In this document: positions 29,174-40,436 of the stretch, piece by piece
Layout: every line of letters begins with the position of its first letter
Numbering within the stretch: position 1 is the stretch's first letter
Origin: Gammaproteobacteria bacterium
GTDB taxonomy: Bacteria; Pseudomonadota; Gammaproteobacteria; UBA4575
Length of the DNA stretch: 64,000 nucleotides
Reading direction: 5' to 3'
NCBI GenBank assembly: GCA_965243395.1
Contig: CBDEUS010000001.1
Coordinates: 960,001 to 1,024,000 of the forward strand
Notes under the pieces: generated by a model
Seen by the model: only the letters and a program-made list of their open reading frames with translations
Database searches by the model: none
Told to the model about the DNA's origin: nothing
Program-made: the position numbers and the translations under genes

Positions 29174-31009
29174 TTAACTTCCCGTGATATGCATTTCTTC
29201 ATAAATGGCTTTTGCCAAATTCTTGCTAATCCCAGGTACTTTAGCAAGCTCTTCCTCACCTGCTTTGGAGACTCCTCGTAACCCACCAAAATACTTAAGT
29301 AAATTTTGTCTACGCTTTGGCCCTAAGCCTTCAATATTTTCTAGCGGCGAATGAAAACGCTTTTTATTTCTGCGTTTTCTATGGCTCGTAATTGCAAATC
29401 GATGTGCTTCATCACGAATCTGCTGGATTAGGTGTAAGGCTAAAGAGTTTTCTTCTAAATGAATGGTGCTTCCATCAATAAGAATCAAGGTTTCATATCC
29501 AGCACGCCTTTCAGCACCTTTCGCAACACCAATGATATGAACGCCTTCAATTTGTAGCTCTTGTAAAGCTTCTTTGGCTTTGGTGACATGCCCCTTGCCA
29601 CCATCAATAAATAGGATATCAGGCAACTTCCCTTCGCCCTTTTTTAAGCGTGTATAGCGACGAGTAAGCGCTTGATGCATTGCGGCATAATCATCACCGG
29701 GTTCAATACCTTCAATATTAAATCTACGATAATCTGATTTAATCGCACCGACCTGCTCAAATACGACACATGAAGCAACGGTAGCTTCTCCTTGTGTGTG
29801 ACTTATATCAAAACATTCCATACGTGTAGGCATAAATTCAAGTTGCAGCTCTTCTTGTAATGCTTCATATCGTTGTGCCATGCCTGCCTTAGTGGCTAAT
29901 TTCGTCTTTAGTGCAGTTACAACATTTTTTTTAGCAATTTCCAACCAACGTGCACGTTTACTTCGTGGTGAGTGCACGATTTCAATTTTTCTCCCTAATT
30001 TATTACTCAACATTTGTTTGAGCAGGTCTACATCACTAGGTTCATGATTTGTGATAATTTCTTCCGGAATACTATGCGTTAAATAATACTGTCCTAAAAA
30101 AGCAGTCAGTATTATTTGAGGTTTTATAACATCAGGTAAACTTGGAAAATAACTTTTATTACCAAGATTTACGCCAGCACGAATATTGAACACTTGGACA
30201 CATGCGGTATCTCCTTCACACTGCACTGCAACAATATCTACATTACCTGTCTCTGAGCTAACATATTGCTGTTCCGATACTTCGCGTAGCATTCCTATTT
30301 TGTCACGATATTCAGCTGCTTTTTCATAATCTAAATCCGCAGAAGCTTTATCCATGTCTGCTACAAAACGTTCGATGAGCTGATCACTATTTCCTTCCAG
30401 GAATTCAATAGCAGAATCGATATCATTTTTGTAATCTTCCTCATTTCTTAAATCTACACAGGGAGCACTACAGCGATCAATTTGATGCTGCAAGCATGGT
30501 CGGCTTCTGTGGCTGAAAAAATAGTCGTCGCATTGCCGCACTTTAAAAACTTTTTGCAAAAGACTTAATGCATTTCGTGCAGCCCCTACGCTTGTATAAG
30601 GTCCAAAATAACGGCCTTCTTTTTTACGGCTCCCACGGTAAAAGGTGATCTGGGGATATTTGTGTTTAGATGAAATGTATATATAGGGATAACTTTTATC
30701 ATCTCTCAATAAAATATTATAACGAGGACGATATTGTTTAATTAAGTTATTCTCTAGCAATAAAGCTTCTGCTTCAGTATTTGTAACCACTACTTCTACA
30801 TCAGTGGTTTGAGATAACATTCTTGCTATGCGTGCACTAGGCTGGGTCTTTGAAAAGTATGTACTAACTCGTTTTTTTAAATTTTTTGCCTTCCCTACAT
30901 AAAGAAATTTTTCATTAGCATCCAACATACGGTAGACGCCAGGGTTACTTGGTAACGACTTGATGTATTCCTTCGGGTCAAATTTTAGATTCTTATGCAG
31001 ATCTACCAT
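29174..31009 (-). CDS. uvrC: Excinuclease ABC subunit C
   Basis: GIY-YIG N-terminus, LRDDKSYPY, ECFDISH, IDGGKG, RDEAHRFA and HhH. Confidence 0.97.
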   Translation of the reverse strand: MVDLHKNLKFDPKEYIKSLPSNPGVYRMLDANEKFLYVGKAKNLKKRVSTYFSKTQPSARIARMLSQTTDVEVVVTNTEAEALLLENNLIKQYRPRYNILLRDDKSYPYIYISSKHKYPQITFYRGSRKKEGRYFGPYTSVGAARNALSLLQKVFKVRQCDDYFFSHRSRPCLQHQIDRCSAPCVDLRNEEDYKNDIDSAIEFLEGNSDQLIERFVADMDKASADLDYEKAAEYRDKIGMLREVSEQQYVSSETGNVDIVAVQCEGDTACVQVFNIRAGVNLGNKSYFPSLPDVIKPQIILTAFLGQYYLTHSIPEEIITNHEPSDVDLLKQMLSNKLGRKIEIVHSPRSKRARWLEIAKKNVVTALKTKLATKAGMAQRYEALQEELQLEFMPTRMECFDISHTQGEATVASCVVFEQVGAIKSDYRRFNIEGIEPGDDYAAMHQALTRRYTRLKKGEGKLPDILFIDGGKGHVTKAKEALQELQIEGVHIIGVAKGAERRAGYETLILIDGSTIHLEENSLALHLIQQIRDEAHRFAITSHRKRRNKKRFHSPLENIEGLGPKRRQNLLKYFGGLRGVSKAGEEELAKVPGISKNLAKAIYEEMHITGS

Positions 31010-31014
31010 AGTTA

Positions 31015-31665
31015 TTAGTGTGAATTTATAAGCTCACTTACAATTTTAAATATTTGTTCAAACTGTTTAGTCGTTAAACGCTTTGTTTGCGTGTTGTAGC
31101 GGCTACAATGATATGAATCGATTAATGTAAGTTGGTCTGTGATGGCATGCTTGTTTTCATGGCCGAATGGAAACTGGCTTAGCTTTAAATCGAATGAACG
31201 AACCACCGAATCATGAGCAATTTTACCAAGCGCTAAAATTACTGTGCCTGGCTGCAGAGCTTTTAATTCATTTTTCAAATAAGTATTGCAAGTTTTGATT
31301 TCTTCAGTCGTTGGTTTATTTTCAGGAGGAACACATTTCACTGCATTTGTAATTCTGCAATTTATCAACTTTAGATTATCTTCAGCACTGGTAGATTTTG
31401 GCGCACTGGATAATTTAAATTTATACAAAGTTTCATAAAGTAGTACTCCTGCATAATCACCAGTGAATGGCCTGCCTGTTGCATTAGCGCCATGCAAACC
31501 GGGCGCTAAACCCACAATCAGAATCCTTGCATCAGGATCACCAAATGCGGGTACAGGTTTGCAAAAATAATCAGGAAATTTTTGTTTAGAAGAGCTTAAG
31601 AAATCAGCAAGTCGAGGACATTTCTTGCAGTTTGCCTTGTAGAGAGATGTCGCCATAGAAATCAA
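31015..31665 (-). CDS. Uracil-DNA glycosylase, family 5 (UdgB-like, Fe-S)
   Basis: CxxCPRL, GLAPGLHGANATGRPFTGD, NAVKCVPP and SYHCSRYNT. Confidence 0.9.
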   Translation of the reverse strand: MISMATSLYKANCKKCPRLADFLSSSKQKFPDYFCKPVPAFGDPDARILIVGLAPGLHGANATGRPFTGDYAGVLLYETLYKFKLSSAPKSTSAEDNLKLINCRITNAVKCVPPENKPTTEEIKTCNTYLKNELKALQPGTVILALGKIAHDSVVRSFDLKLSQFPFGHENKHAITDQLTLIDSYHCSRYNTQTKRLTTKQFEQIFKIVSELINSH

Positions 31666-31682
31666 ATATGATTATATGGCAA

Positions 31683-32651
31683 CTAATATTTCAATAATGC
31701 TGAACCCCAGGTAAAACCACCCCCAAATGCTTCAAGCATTATCGTTTCACCCTTTTTAATTCGACCATCACGAACCGCATTATCTAGAGCTAATGGAATG
31801 GAGGCGGCAGAGGTATTTCCATGTTCGGATACTGTCACTACTACTTGTTCCATTGACATTTTCAACTTGCGAGCAGTTGCTTCGATGATTCTATTATTAG
31901 CTTGGTGCGGAACAAGCCAATCAATATCACTTTTTTTAATATTATTAGCCTCTAAAGTTTCGTCTACAATTCTGCCTAGAGTATTCACGGCCATTTTAAA
32001 TACCGCATTTCCCTCCATATACACATAGGCTTCACCAGCTTTAAGTTGTTCATAACCTTGAGAAATACCATGTGGCACATGTAACAGATGTTCATAACTT
32101 CCATCGGCATGCAAATGTGTTGATAGTATTCCGGGCTCTTTTGAGGCTTCCAACACTACTGCTCCTGCACCATCACCAAACAACACACACGTACTACGAT
32201 CATTCCAATCCAAAATTCGCGATAGAGTTTCAGAACCAACCACTAACGCGCATTTTGCACTTCCTGTTTTAATAAAGTTGTCTGCAATTGCTAAGGCATA
32301 AACAAATCCAGTGCAGACTGCCTGCACATCAAATGCCGCGCATCCATGGATATCTAATCGTTTTTGTAGCAAACAAGCAGTACTTGGGAAAATTTTGTCA
32401 GCCGTTGTCGTTGCCATAATGATTAAATCAATATCAGCATTGGTTTTATTTGCCATTTCCAATGCTCGTCTTGATGCATTGACTGCTAAATCACATGTGG
32501 TTTCTCCATCTGCAGCAATGTGACGCTGCTTAATTCCCGTGCGACCCTGAATCCATTCATCTGAAGTTTCAACGATCTTTTCCAGATCTTTATTTGTTAA
32601 AATTTTTTCTGGCAGATAACTACCTGTACCGATAATTTTTGAGTATTTCAT
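31683..32651 (-). CDS. fabH: 3-oxoacyl-ACP synthase III
   Basis: AVCTGF, FGDGAGA, PHQAN, GNTSAAS and GGGFTWG. Confidence 0.97.
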   Translation of the reverse strand: MKYSKIIGTGSYLPEKILTNKDLEKIVETSDEWIQGRTGIKQRHIAADGETTCDLAVNASRRALEMANKTNADIDLIIMATTTADKIFPSTACLLQKRLDIHGCAAFDVQAVCTGFVYALAIADNFIKTGSAKCALVVGSETLSRILDWNDRSTCVLFGDGAGAVVLEASKEPGILSTHLHADGSYEHLLHVPHGISQGYEQLKAGEAYVYMEGNAVFKMAVNTLGRIVDETLEANNIKKSDIDWLVPHQANNRIIEATARKLKMSMEQVVVTVSEHGNTSAASIPLALDNAVRDGRIKKGETIMLEAFGGGFTWGSALLKY

Positions 32652-32653
32652 GT

Positions 32654-33679
32654 TTATGCTGCTACTTCTTGATTTAAATACTCTTCTATATGTGCTTCAA
32701 TTTTCTTAGGTACTTGTTGATTAGCTTCAATACGTGCAATTTCTATCGCATTCTTGAAAGAGAATGCATCGGCTCCACCGTGGCTTTTTATCACAACACC
32801 GCGCAAGCCTAACAAACTAGCGCCATTATAGCGCCTTGGATCAATACGTGTTTTGAATGCTTTTAGCACTGGCATGGCAAATAAACCACATAACTTAGTA
32901 AAAATATTACGCGTGAATTCTTCTTTTGCATAATGCGCAACTATTTTAGCTACCCCTTCACTTGTTTTAAGCGAAACATTGCCTACAAACCCATCACAAA
33001 CCACAACTTCTACATCTCCACAATAAATGTCATCCCCTTCTACATAGCCAATGTAATTTAGATCGCTTTTTCTCAACACCTCATGTGCCTCTTTAACCTG
33101 TTCATTGCCTTTAATCTCTTCTTCGCCAATATTAAGCAAACCTACCTTTGGTTTGTCGATGTTATCTACGGCTGAGGCAAGCACGGTACCCATTACTGCA
33201 AACTGAAGTAAATGTTGACTGCTGCAACCAACATTAGCACCAAGATCCAGCATATAAGTTGTACCATGCATCGAAGGCATTAAACTTGTTATAGCAGGAC
33301 GATCAATTCCTGGTAAAGTTTTCAAAACATAGCGTGCTGTGGCCATTAATGCACCTGTGTTTCCTGCGCTTACTGCTGCATCAGCAGTACCTTCCTTAAC
33401 CAGATTAATTGCCACACGCATGGAAGAATCTTTTTTATTCCGCAATGCTTGAGATGGAGGTTCATCCATCTCAACCTTTTGACTGGCATGCTGTACTCTT
33501 AAACGTTCATAAGGTTTTATATTGAGCCTATTGAGCTCATTGGTGATAACTTCTTGATCACCTACTAGGATAAGTGCGAGATCTTGATGTTCTTCGAGGA
33601 ACTCAACTGCAGCCTTGGCAACTACAGCTACACCAAAATCACCACCCATTGCATCAAGTGAGATGGTTAAATCAGTCAC
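32654..33679 (-). CDS. plsX: Phosphate acyltransferase
   Basis: [25 protein letters not shown] and KSHG. Confidence 0.97.
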   Translation of the reverse strand: MTDLTISLDAMGGDFGVAVVAKAAVEFLEEHQDLALILVGDQEVITNELNRLNIKPYERLRVQHASQKVEMDEPPSQALRNKKDSSMRVAINLVKEGTADAAVSAGNTGALMATARYVLKTLPGIDRPAITSLMPSMHGTTYMLDLGANVGCSSQHLLQFAVMGTVLASAVDNIDKPKVGLLNIGEEEIKGNEQVKEAHEVLRKSDLNYIGYVEGDDIYCGDVEVVVCDGFVGNVSLKTSEGVAKIVAHYAKEEFTRNIFTKLCGLFAMPVLKAFKTRIDPRRYNGASLLGLRGVVIKSHGGADAFSFKNAIEIARIEANQQVPKKIEAHIEEYLNQEVAA

Positions 33680-33785
33680 TTTAGGGTTCAGTTATTTGCT
33701 ATGAATAAGATGTATCTTGACAGATTATAATGTGGTGCGAGAAAACGTTAAATGGCACAGACCATAAGATGCGGTACGAGTAGTG

Positions 33786-33983
33786 CTACTCTTCCTCATC
33801 CTCGTATTCATCTGGTATCTCGATAACTTGTCGACCACGATAATATCCATCAGGTGTGACATGATGACGCAAGTGTGTTTCACCCGTTGTTGCATCAATC
33901 GATAAAGCGGCTGCAGATAAGCTATCATGCGATCTACGCATATCCCTTTTCGATCGTGTTTTCTTGCTCTTTTGTACCGCCAT
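33786..33983 (-). CDS. rpmF: 50S ribosomal protein L32
   Basis: [20 protein letters not shown]...HLRHHVT; Cys-free type. Confidence 0.97.
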   Translation of the reverse strand: MAVQKSKKTRSKRDMRRSHDSLSAAALSIDATTGETHLRHHVTPDGYYRGRQVIEIPDEYEDEEE

Positions 33984-34001
33984 TTTGATTCTCCGTGCTG
34001 T

Positions 34002-34544
34002 TTAGCGCTTTAGTATAGCAAAAGGATTATCTGCCTTTTCCGCTGGACTCTCTATTTGCTCCTCAACTGAGGCGAGCCAAGCTACCATATCTTGGTTACA
34101 TAATGAAATATCCTCATGTTTAGGCACCAAAGGCAATGTGAGTAGCAGCTCCTCCTCTATTAAGTCTGATAACTCCAAGGTTTTACCATCGTATTCATGA
34201 AAATCAGGGCTATCCTCCACGCTCTCACTATCATCAGGCAATTTCTCAGATTCTGGCTTTATCAGGATATGAATATCCGGATTGAGACTAATTTTCATTT
34301 GCTCCAAGCATCTTTCACATTTTGTAGAAACTATAGTATGAGCATTGCCTATCGCCAGTGGATATCCATACAATCCTCTACTGAACTGAAGTTTGACAGT
34401 CACCATGGATTCCAGGCTTATTACATTTGCCTGCAATCGTTTCATTGCCTTCGCGGCTACTAATCCATGCAATTCGGTAGAATGATCCGCAAAGTTTTGC
34501 GGGTCAAAACGGATCGGCAGTAACTCTAGATCTGATTTAGGCAT
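34002..34544 (-). CDS. yceD: YceD/DUF177 protein
   Basis: CERCL, EEELLLTLP.VPKH and NPFAILK; directly upstream of rpmF. Confidence 0.92.
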   Translation of the reverse strand: MPKSDLELLPIRFDPQNFADHSTELHGLVAAKAMKRLQANVISLESMVTVKLQFSRGLYGYPLAIGNAHTIVSTKCERCLEQMKISLNPDIHILIKPESEKLPDDSESVEDSPDFHEYDGKTLELSDLIEEELLLTLPLVPKHEDISLCNQDMVAWLASVEEQIESPAEKADNPFAILKR

Positions 34545-34632
34545 GCCTTAGATACTCCTTAAGTTTGAGTATACAAAAGAACCTCGGCTGCTTCATTATT
34601 ACTCTATTCATCATATTTACGGGTTCAATTTT

Positions 34633-35223
34633 ATGAACATAATTTTAGCTTCCGGTTCAGCTTATAGGAAAAATTTACTTAAGAAACTCATCACAGAATT
34701 TGAATGCATTGCGCCAAATATCGATGAATCAATCCATTCAAATGAACCCGCTGCAAACTATGTGAAGCGTCTTGCACTCGAAAAAGCTTTAGCGGTATCT
34801 GATGTCATAAGTGATAAGCAAAGACCTGCTTTAATCATTGGCTCAGATCAGTGTGCCGTACTAAATAATGAAATTATCAGCAAACCTGGTTCGCCAGAAG
34901 CAGCATTTTTGCAACTTCAGACTTCTAGTGGTAAGACTGTTACGTTTTATACTGGACTTTGTGTAGCCAACACCAAAACAAATTTTCAACAAGTAAGTTA
35001 CGAAACATATCAAGTAACATTTCGCAATTTAGATGATCGGCAAATAAACACTTATCTTGAAAAAGAACAGCCTTATGATTGCGCCGGAAGTTTTAAAGCT
35101 GAAGGTTTAGGAATTGCGTTGTTTGAAAAAATGCAAGGCGATGACCCGAACACACTTATAGGGCTGCCGTTAATAAAATTATCGTCAATGCTGCATTCAG
35201 AAGGCTATGACGTGTTAACGTAA
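34633..35223 (+). CDS. yceF: Maf-family nucleotide pyrophosphatase (YceF-like)
   Basis: ILASGSAYR, IGSDQ, KPG, CAGSFKAEGLG and GLPL. Confidence 0.9.
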   Translation: MNIILASGSAYRKNLLKKLITEFECIAPNIDESIHSNEPAANYVKRLALEKALAVSDVISDKQRPALIIGSDQCAVLNNEIISKPGSPEAAFLQLQTSSGKTVTFYTGLCVANTKTNFQQVSYETYQVTFRNLDDRQINTYLEKEQPYDCAGSFKAEGLGIALFEKMQGDDPNTLIGLPLIKLSSMLHSEGYDVLT

Positions 35224-36189
35224 CACCGGATAATTTAAAACTTGTTCGATTGGCTTCATCATTGCAGTACCCAACTGTTTTGCAAATCGCTGGAATACAT
35301 CTTCGCGGAAAGTGTAATCTTGAATTTCCTCTACCCCAACCACTTCTCTTGCGACATAACTTGCACTACCAAAACCATCTACTAATCCAAGCTCTAAAGC
35401 TTGTTCACCCGTCCAGAATAAACCGCTGAACATATTCTTATCTTTTGCAAGTTTATCGCCTCTTCCCTCAACGACTACATCAATAAATTGTTGGTGGATT
35501 TCATCTAAAAGCGATTGTACGTGTTGTTTTTCAAATTCATTTTCTGGTTGAAAAGGATCTAAAATTCCTTTGTGTTCACCTGCAGTCATCAATCTTCGTT
35601 CAATGCCAAGTTTCTCCATAGCGTCAACGAACCCAAACCCATCCATACGCACACCGATTGATCCCACAATACTTGCTTTATCTGCATAAATTTTATCGGC
35701 TGCAACAGCAGCAAATACACCACCTGATGCGCAAATATCCGTTACTACTGCATAGATAGGTTTGTCTTCATGAATTTCCCGCAAGCGTTTAATTTCGCGA
35801 TTAATATAATTGGCTTGAACTGGGCTGCCCCCAGGGCTATTGATTCTTAAAATTACAGCCGCAGAATTATTATTTTCAAACGCTGCACGTAAACCTGATA
35901 CAACATTATCAGCGCTGGCTTCTTCTCCATCTGCAATGACACCAGCAAGCTCTACCAACGCGGTATGTTGCACTCCCTTGCTTAAACTGGAAAAGTGAGG
36001 TGCAAACAAGCTGATCAAAAATAAACTCACATAAGCGAAACCCAATAACTTAAAAAACACACCCCAACGACGTGCACGTCTTTGTTCTTTAAGGCCAGCA
36101 TTGGCTAAATTGATAATGGCCTCGCGCTCCCAGCCTGAGCTTGAACGATCTTCGCTTGTAATTTTGCCTATATTAATTTTTGGTTCCAT
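35215..36189 (-). CDS. S49 signal peptide peptidase (SppA-like)
   Basis: INSPGGSP, CASGG and GSIGV; conserved position next to rluC. Confidence 0.92.
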   Translation of the reverse strand: MEPKINIGKITSEDRSSSGWEREAIINLANAGLKEQRRARRWGVFFKLLGFAYVSLFLISLFAPHFSSLSKGVQHTALVELAGVIADGEEASADNVVSGLRAAFENNNSAAVILRINSPGGSPVQANYINREIKRLREIHEDKPIYAVVTDICASGGVFAAVAADKIYADKASIVGSIGVRMDGFGFVDAMEKLGIERRLMTAGEHKGILDPFQPENEFEKQHVQSLLDEIHQQFIDVVVEGRGDKLAKDKNMFSGLFWTGEQALELGLVDGFGSASYVAREVVGVEEIQDYTFREDVFQRFAKQLGTAMMKPIEQVLNYPVLR

Positions 36190-36286
36190 ACTCTTTTATC
36201 ACTCATGAATGTCAATTTTATGCACTTAAATCAATTGATAATCTATGTTTCAGTAAACCCCATCAATAGTGGAAAATCAAATCCAC

Positions 36287-37228
36287 TTACTTGGAAATTT
36301 CACCCTTTCGTTGATCTAGACCCTGGATAAAGGTAGTTAGTTCATCGCTCAAAGGAGCTGTTACTCTATTTGCCCTAGGCATGTCTGATAGTTGAAATGA
36401 AAGCTCTCCAGCATGCAAAAACATTCTTCTCAGGCCCATTTTTTTACACACACGATTAAATGCAAAATCTCCATATTTTGAGTCTCCCACGATTGGAAAT
36501 CCTGACTGTGCGGCATGTATGCGAATTTGGTGAGTTCGCCCCGTTTCAATCTGTGCAGTTAAAAATGTAAAACCATCATAAAACGCTTCAGGTTGAAAAG
36601 TTGTATAAGCTTCTTTCCAGCTATTTTTATTGTCATCAATCTCGAAATCATACCCTTTAGTTTGCAACGGAGTATCTATAATAACCTCGCCCAGGTCCCA
36701 TTCTCCCTTCACCAAAAGCATGTATTTCTTATCAATTTTTTTTGTCCGAAATAATTCATGTAATTCGCTTAAAGTAATTTTATTTTTTGCGATCAATAAA
36801 CATCCGCTGGTTTCCCGATCTAGACGATGTACAAGCTCTAAAAAACCAGCATTTGATCGCAATTCACGTAACACCTCTATTACACCGTAGGCTACTTTAG
36901 ACCCAGGATGTACTGCTAAACCAGCTGGCTTGTTAATCACGATGATGTTTTGATCTTCGTAAAGAACACTGTCATTAATTTGTTGTTTTACAGTCTCGCC
37001 GATTTTCGCAACATGCTTATCTGCCACATCGATTTTCGGAATTTTTATTTCATCATTTTCTTGTAAACGATACGTTTGTTTGACACGTTTACCATTGACA
37101 CGAATTTTGCCCGTTCGCAGCAATCGATAAATTAAACCCTTGGGCACTCCTCTTAATTGTGTAAACAAGTAATTATCAATGCGTTGGCCTTCTCTACCGG
37201 CTAGTACATTTTTAGTCCAACCATTCAT
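36287..37228 (-). CDS. rluC: 23S rRNA pseudouridine synthase
   Basis: S4 domain (GQRIDNYL), NKPAG, HRLDRETSG, GRTHQIR and FLHA; divergent from rne. Confidence 0.92.
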   Translation of the reverse strand: MNGWTKNVLAGREGQRIDNYLFTQLRGVPKGLIYRLLRTGKIRVNGKRVKQTYRLQENDEIKIPKIDVADKHVAKIGETVKQQINDSVLYEDQNIIVINKPAGLAVHPGSKVAYGVIEVLRELRSNAGFLELVHRLDRETSGCLLIAKNKITLSELHELFRTKKIDKKYMLLVKGEWDLGEVIIDTPLQTKGYDFEIDDNKNSWKEAYTTFQPEAFYDGFTFLTAQIETGRTHQIRIHAAQSGFPIVGDSKYGDFAFNRVCKKMGLRRMFLHAGELSFQLSDMPRANRVTAPLSDELTTFIQGLDQRKGEISK

Positions 37229-37291
37229 AACGGGACTACGACCTTTGAACTGGTAGGCGAAAATCTCCCATAAAAACGGCTAGTTAAGAAT

Positions 37292-37689
37292 TTGCTGCGC
37301 ATGGCTTGGATTGATATAGTTGGTGGTGTGCAATTTAGCTATTGTTTAATTTTAGCGCACACTTTGAGAATGCCCTATTAAATCTGGTTTATTACAACGT
37401 TTAGGCCAGTGGAGGATTTCTCTACAGAAGAACATGAATTTCTACACTTTATGGTGATACGCCTATAAAGCGTAAATATAGACGTACTATGTACTATAAC
37501 TAATCATAGTCGCCTCATAACAAAACAGAATGATAAACATCTATACATTATTTCATCTCCTTCGATCATACACCGTCGAATCAGTTAAGTTGGTTGGTTA
37601 TTTCAATACTTTGTATTGTGTCAAGTACTGCGAGGACATTGATAATCCAAGACGGTCGCGGAGGGTAACGACTTTGGACGAAACCAAAC
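37292..37689 (+). promoter_or_regulatory. rne promoter and long (~360 nt) structured 5' UTR
   Basis: TTGCTG-17 bp-TATAGT (37292-37320); GTGTGC...GCACAC stem just downstream; long rne leaders are known autoregulatory elements. Confidence 0.6.
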
Positions 37690-39648
37690 ATGAAAAGAAT
37701 TTTAATCAATGCCACACAGCAAGAAGAGCTTCGTGTTGGCATGGTCGATGGACAACGACTTTACGATCTCGATATCGAACTTCCTTCTCGAAACCAAAAG
37801 AAGGATAACATCTACAAGGGTGTTATCACCCGCATTGAGCCTAGTTTAGAAGCCGCATTCGTTGATTTTGGCTCCGAGCGGCATGGCTTTCTACCATTTA
37901 AGGATATATCCCGAGACTATTTCAATGACTCGGATACTTCCAGTGAGCGTTTTTCTGTTAAAGATCAAATTTCTGAAGGACAGCAAATTGTTGTTCAGGT
38001 AGAGCGAGAAGAACGTGGCACTAAAGGCGCTGCCCTTACTACTTTCATCAGTTTAGCGGGTCGTTATTTAGTATTGATGCCAAATAACCCAAGAGCGGGT
38101 GGTGTTTCGCGCCGTATTGAAGGCGAAGAACGAGAAGAAGTACGCAAAGCGCTCTCAGACTTAGACATGCCAAAAGGCATGGGTGTAATCGTGCGCACTG
38201 CTGGCGTAGGACGCTCCTCTGAAGAATTGCAATGGGATCTTAATTATCTCGAACAAATATATCATGCAATTCAAAATGCGGTTGACACTCATGACAAGCC
38301 GTTCCTTATCTACCAAGAAAGTAACGTAATTATTCGAGCGCTTCGTGACCATCTACGCGATGACATTGGTGAAATCATTATTGATGACACAGAAGTATTC
38401 AATGATGCTAAAAAATTCATTGAGCAAGTCATGCCGCATAACGTTAACAAACTTAAGTTATACGAAGACACGGTACCATTATTTAATCGCTATCAAATTG
38501 AATCACAAATCGAGTCTGCATTTGAACGTGAAGTAAATTTGCCCTCTGGCGGATCAATTGTAATTGATCATACTGAAGCGATGATCGCAATTGACATCAA
38601 TTCTGCAAGAGCAACCAAAGGCAGCGATATTGAAGAAACTGCCACACATACTAACTTAGAAGCTGCAGATGAAATTGCACGTCAACTTCGCATTCGTGAT
38701 TTAGGCGGACTCATTGTTATTGACTTCATTGATATGTTGGCTAACAAAAACCAACGCGAAGTTGAAAACCGTTTGCGTGATGCGCTTAAAATTGATCGTG
38801 CGCGAGTACAAATTGGAAAAATCTCTCGATTTGGTTTACTTGAAATGTCACGTCAAAGATTACGACCCTCGTTGGAAGAGTCTAGCCAGATAGTTTGTCC
38901 TCGTTGCACAGGCCATGGAACGATTCGCAGTATTGAATCATTAGCGCTGGGTGTACTGCGCCTTATTGAAGAAGAGGCTCTTAAAGAAAAAACAGCTACG
39001 GTAACTGCAAAGCTACCGGTTGATGTTACAAGCTTCCTGTTGAACGAAAAGCGTTCCAATATTGGTGAAATTGAAGAAAGACATCGAGTACAAGTCATTA
39101 TTGTTCCCGATCCGAACTTAGAAACTCCTCATTTCAATGTTGAGCGAACTCGTGATGAAGGTAAAGAAGTTGTCAATCAACCTAGTTACGAACTTATCCC
39201 GAAGCAAGAAATGGAAGCCAATTTACATCAGCCTGCGCCTGTTGCGGCAGAACAACCCGCAGTAAAATCTATCAATACATCTTCTCCTGCGCCTAGACCG
39301 CAGCAAGGTACAAAAGCTGTTAAAAAACCTGGATTATTTGCTCGATTTTTTACCTGGATTGCCAATAACGAGGAAGATCAAGCGCCGAAAAAGTCTAATA
39401 AACCACACCGAAGTAGAAATCGTTCACGGAATAATCGTGACAACAATCGTCGCAATCGTTCTGGAGGAAATAATCGTCGCCGCGGCAATAATCAAAATCG
39501 CCGCAGAGGTGACAATACTCGCAGAACCTCCAGTCATCGTAATCGCAATAACGGCAGAAATCATTCAACGTCATCCAAAAATAAAACAAGCGGCACAACG
39601 TCAAATACAAATAAAACATCAGATCGCACTGCGAGCACGAACCCATAG
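37690..39648 (+). CDS. rne: Ribonuclease E (short, 652 aa)
   Basis: [29 protein letters not shown] and CPRCxG Zn-link; amphipathic [12 protein letters not shown]; Arg/Asn-rich tail. Confidence 0.97.
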   Translation: MKRILINATQQEELRVGMVDGQRLYDLDIELPSRNQKKDNIYKGVITRIEPSLEAAFVDFGSERHGFLPFKDISRDYFNDSDTSSERFSVKDQISEGQQIVVQVEREERGTKGAALTTFISLAGRYLVLMPNNPRAGGVSRRIEGEEREEVRKALSDLDMPKGMGVIVRTAGVGRSSEELQWDLNYLEQIYHAIQNAVDTHDKPFLIYQESNVIIRALRDHLRDDIGEIIIDDTEVFNDAKKFIEQVMPHNVNKLKLYEDTVPLFNRYQIESQIESAFEREVNLPSGGSIVIDHTEAMIAIDINSARATKGSDIEETATHTNLEAADEIARQLRIRDLGGLIVIDFIDMLANKNQREVENRLRDALKIDRARVQIGKISRFGLLEMSRQRLRPSLEESSQIVCPRCTGHGTIRSIESLALGVLRLIEEEALKEKTATVTAKLPVDVTSFLLNEKRSNIGEIEERHRVQVIIVPDPNLETPHFNVERTRDEGKEVVNQPSYELIPKQEMEANLHQPAPVAAEQPAVKSINTSSPAPRPQQGTKAVKKPGLFARFFTWIANNEEDQAPKKSNKPHRSRNRSRNNRDNNRRNRSGGNNRRRGNNQNRRRGDNTRRTSSHRNRNNGRNHSTSSKNKTSGTTSNTNKTSDRTASTNP

Positions 39649-39697
39649 TTTAGATCTTGATCTCGCATTTAACCGGGTTGCTAGAAGAGCGATCTCG

Positions 39698-40180
39698 CTA
39701 GAAGTGCTCTTTTTTTATATGTGCAAGTAGGCCTTTGCTTGCTTTTTCTACTAAGTCCAACACCGTTTCAAATCCTTTTAAACCGCCATAATAAGGATCA
39801 GGCACATCTAATGTTGGTCTATTTGTTGAAGTGTATTCTAAAAAATATTTGATTTTATCTTGATGTTCTTTCGGACATTGTTCGATTAGATGCATATGAT
39901 TTTCAGAGTCCATTACTAGCACATAATCAAATTTTTCAAAATCAGCATCCTTAACTTTACGTGCACGCAATTTTGACAAATCATAGCCACGTTTAGTTGC
40001 AGCATCTATTGCACGTGCATCTGGTTTTTTGCCAGCATGATATGCATGCGTGCCTGCTGAATCTACAACAATTTTTTTATCTAAACCATCCTTGTTTACT
40101 AAGTTTTGAAAAACCCCTTGAGCAGTCGGAGAACGACATATGTTACCCATACAAACAAAAAGTACACTAAAAGTTTTCAA
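39698..40180 (-). CDS. Low-molecular-weight protein-tyrosine phosphatase
   Basis: VCMGNICRSP and DPYYGG. Confidence 0.95.
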   Translation of the reverse strand: MKTFSVLFVCMGNICRSPTAQGVFQNLVNKDGLDKKIVVDSAGTHAYHAGKKPDARAIDAATKRGYDLSKLRARKVKDADFEKFDYVLVMDSENHMHLIEQCPKEHQDKIKYFLEYTSTNRPTLDVPDPYYGGLKGFETVLDLVEKASKGLLAHIKKEHF

Positions 40181-40187
40181 GATTTGT

Positions 40188-40430
40188 TTAGCTTTGCTCT
40201 TTGCTCAATAAAGCTTTAACCATTATGCGGCCACACGTTAAGCCCAAGAACCATGTAAAGGCTATTTTCCACGCTTCTCCGCTTTTAAATGCTAAGGCAT
40301 TTTCATAGTACTGAGTAATTTCGGCTGCTGGTATATTTCTAAAATACATACGATCAAGCGGTACCAATGCAAATGAGATAAATAATGCAACAAGTAACAA
40401 TATAATATGTATTAAGACTAAGCGGCGCAT
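40188..40430 (-). CDS. Small two-TM hypothetical protein
   Basis: 80 aa with two hydrophobic segments; tightly packed between pyrC and the phosphatase. Confidence 0.65.
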   Translation of the reverse strand: MRRLVLIHIILLLVALFISFALVPLDRMYFRNIPAAEITQYYENALAFKSGEAWKIAFTWFLGLTCGRIMVKALLSKEQS

Positions 40431-40436
40431 ACTTAA

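Noticed and set aside
37530-37808. 92-aa ORF overlapping the rne start, plus other short overlapping or antisense ORFs in the track
   Set aside because: Shadow frames of well-supported genes with no motifs of their own
39410-39560. AATCGT/AATAAT-like repeats in rne
   Set aside because: Reflect Arg/Asn-rich coding; no repeat-spacer structure, so not CRISPR
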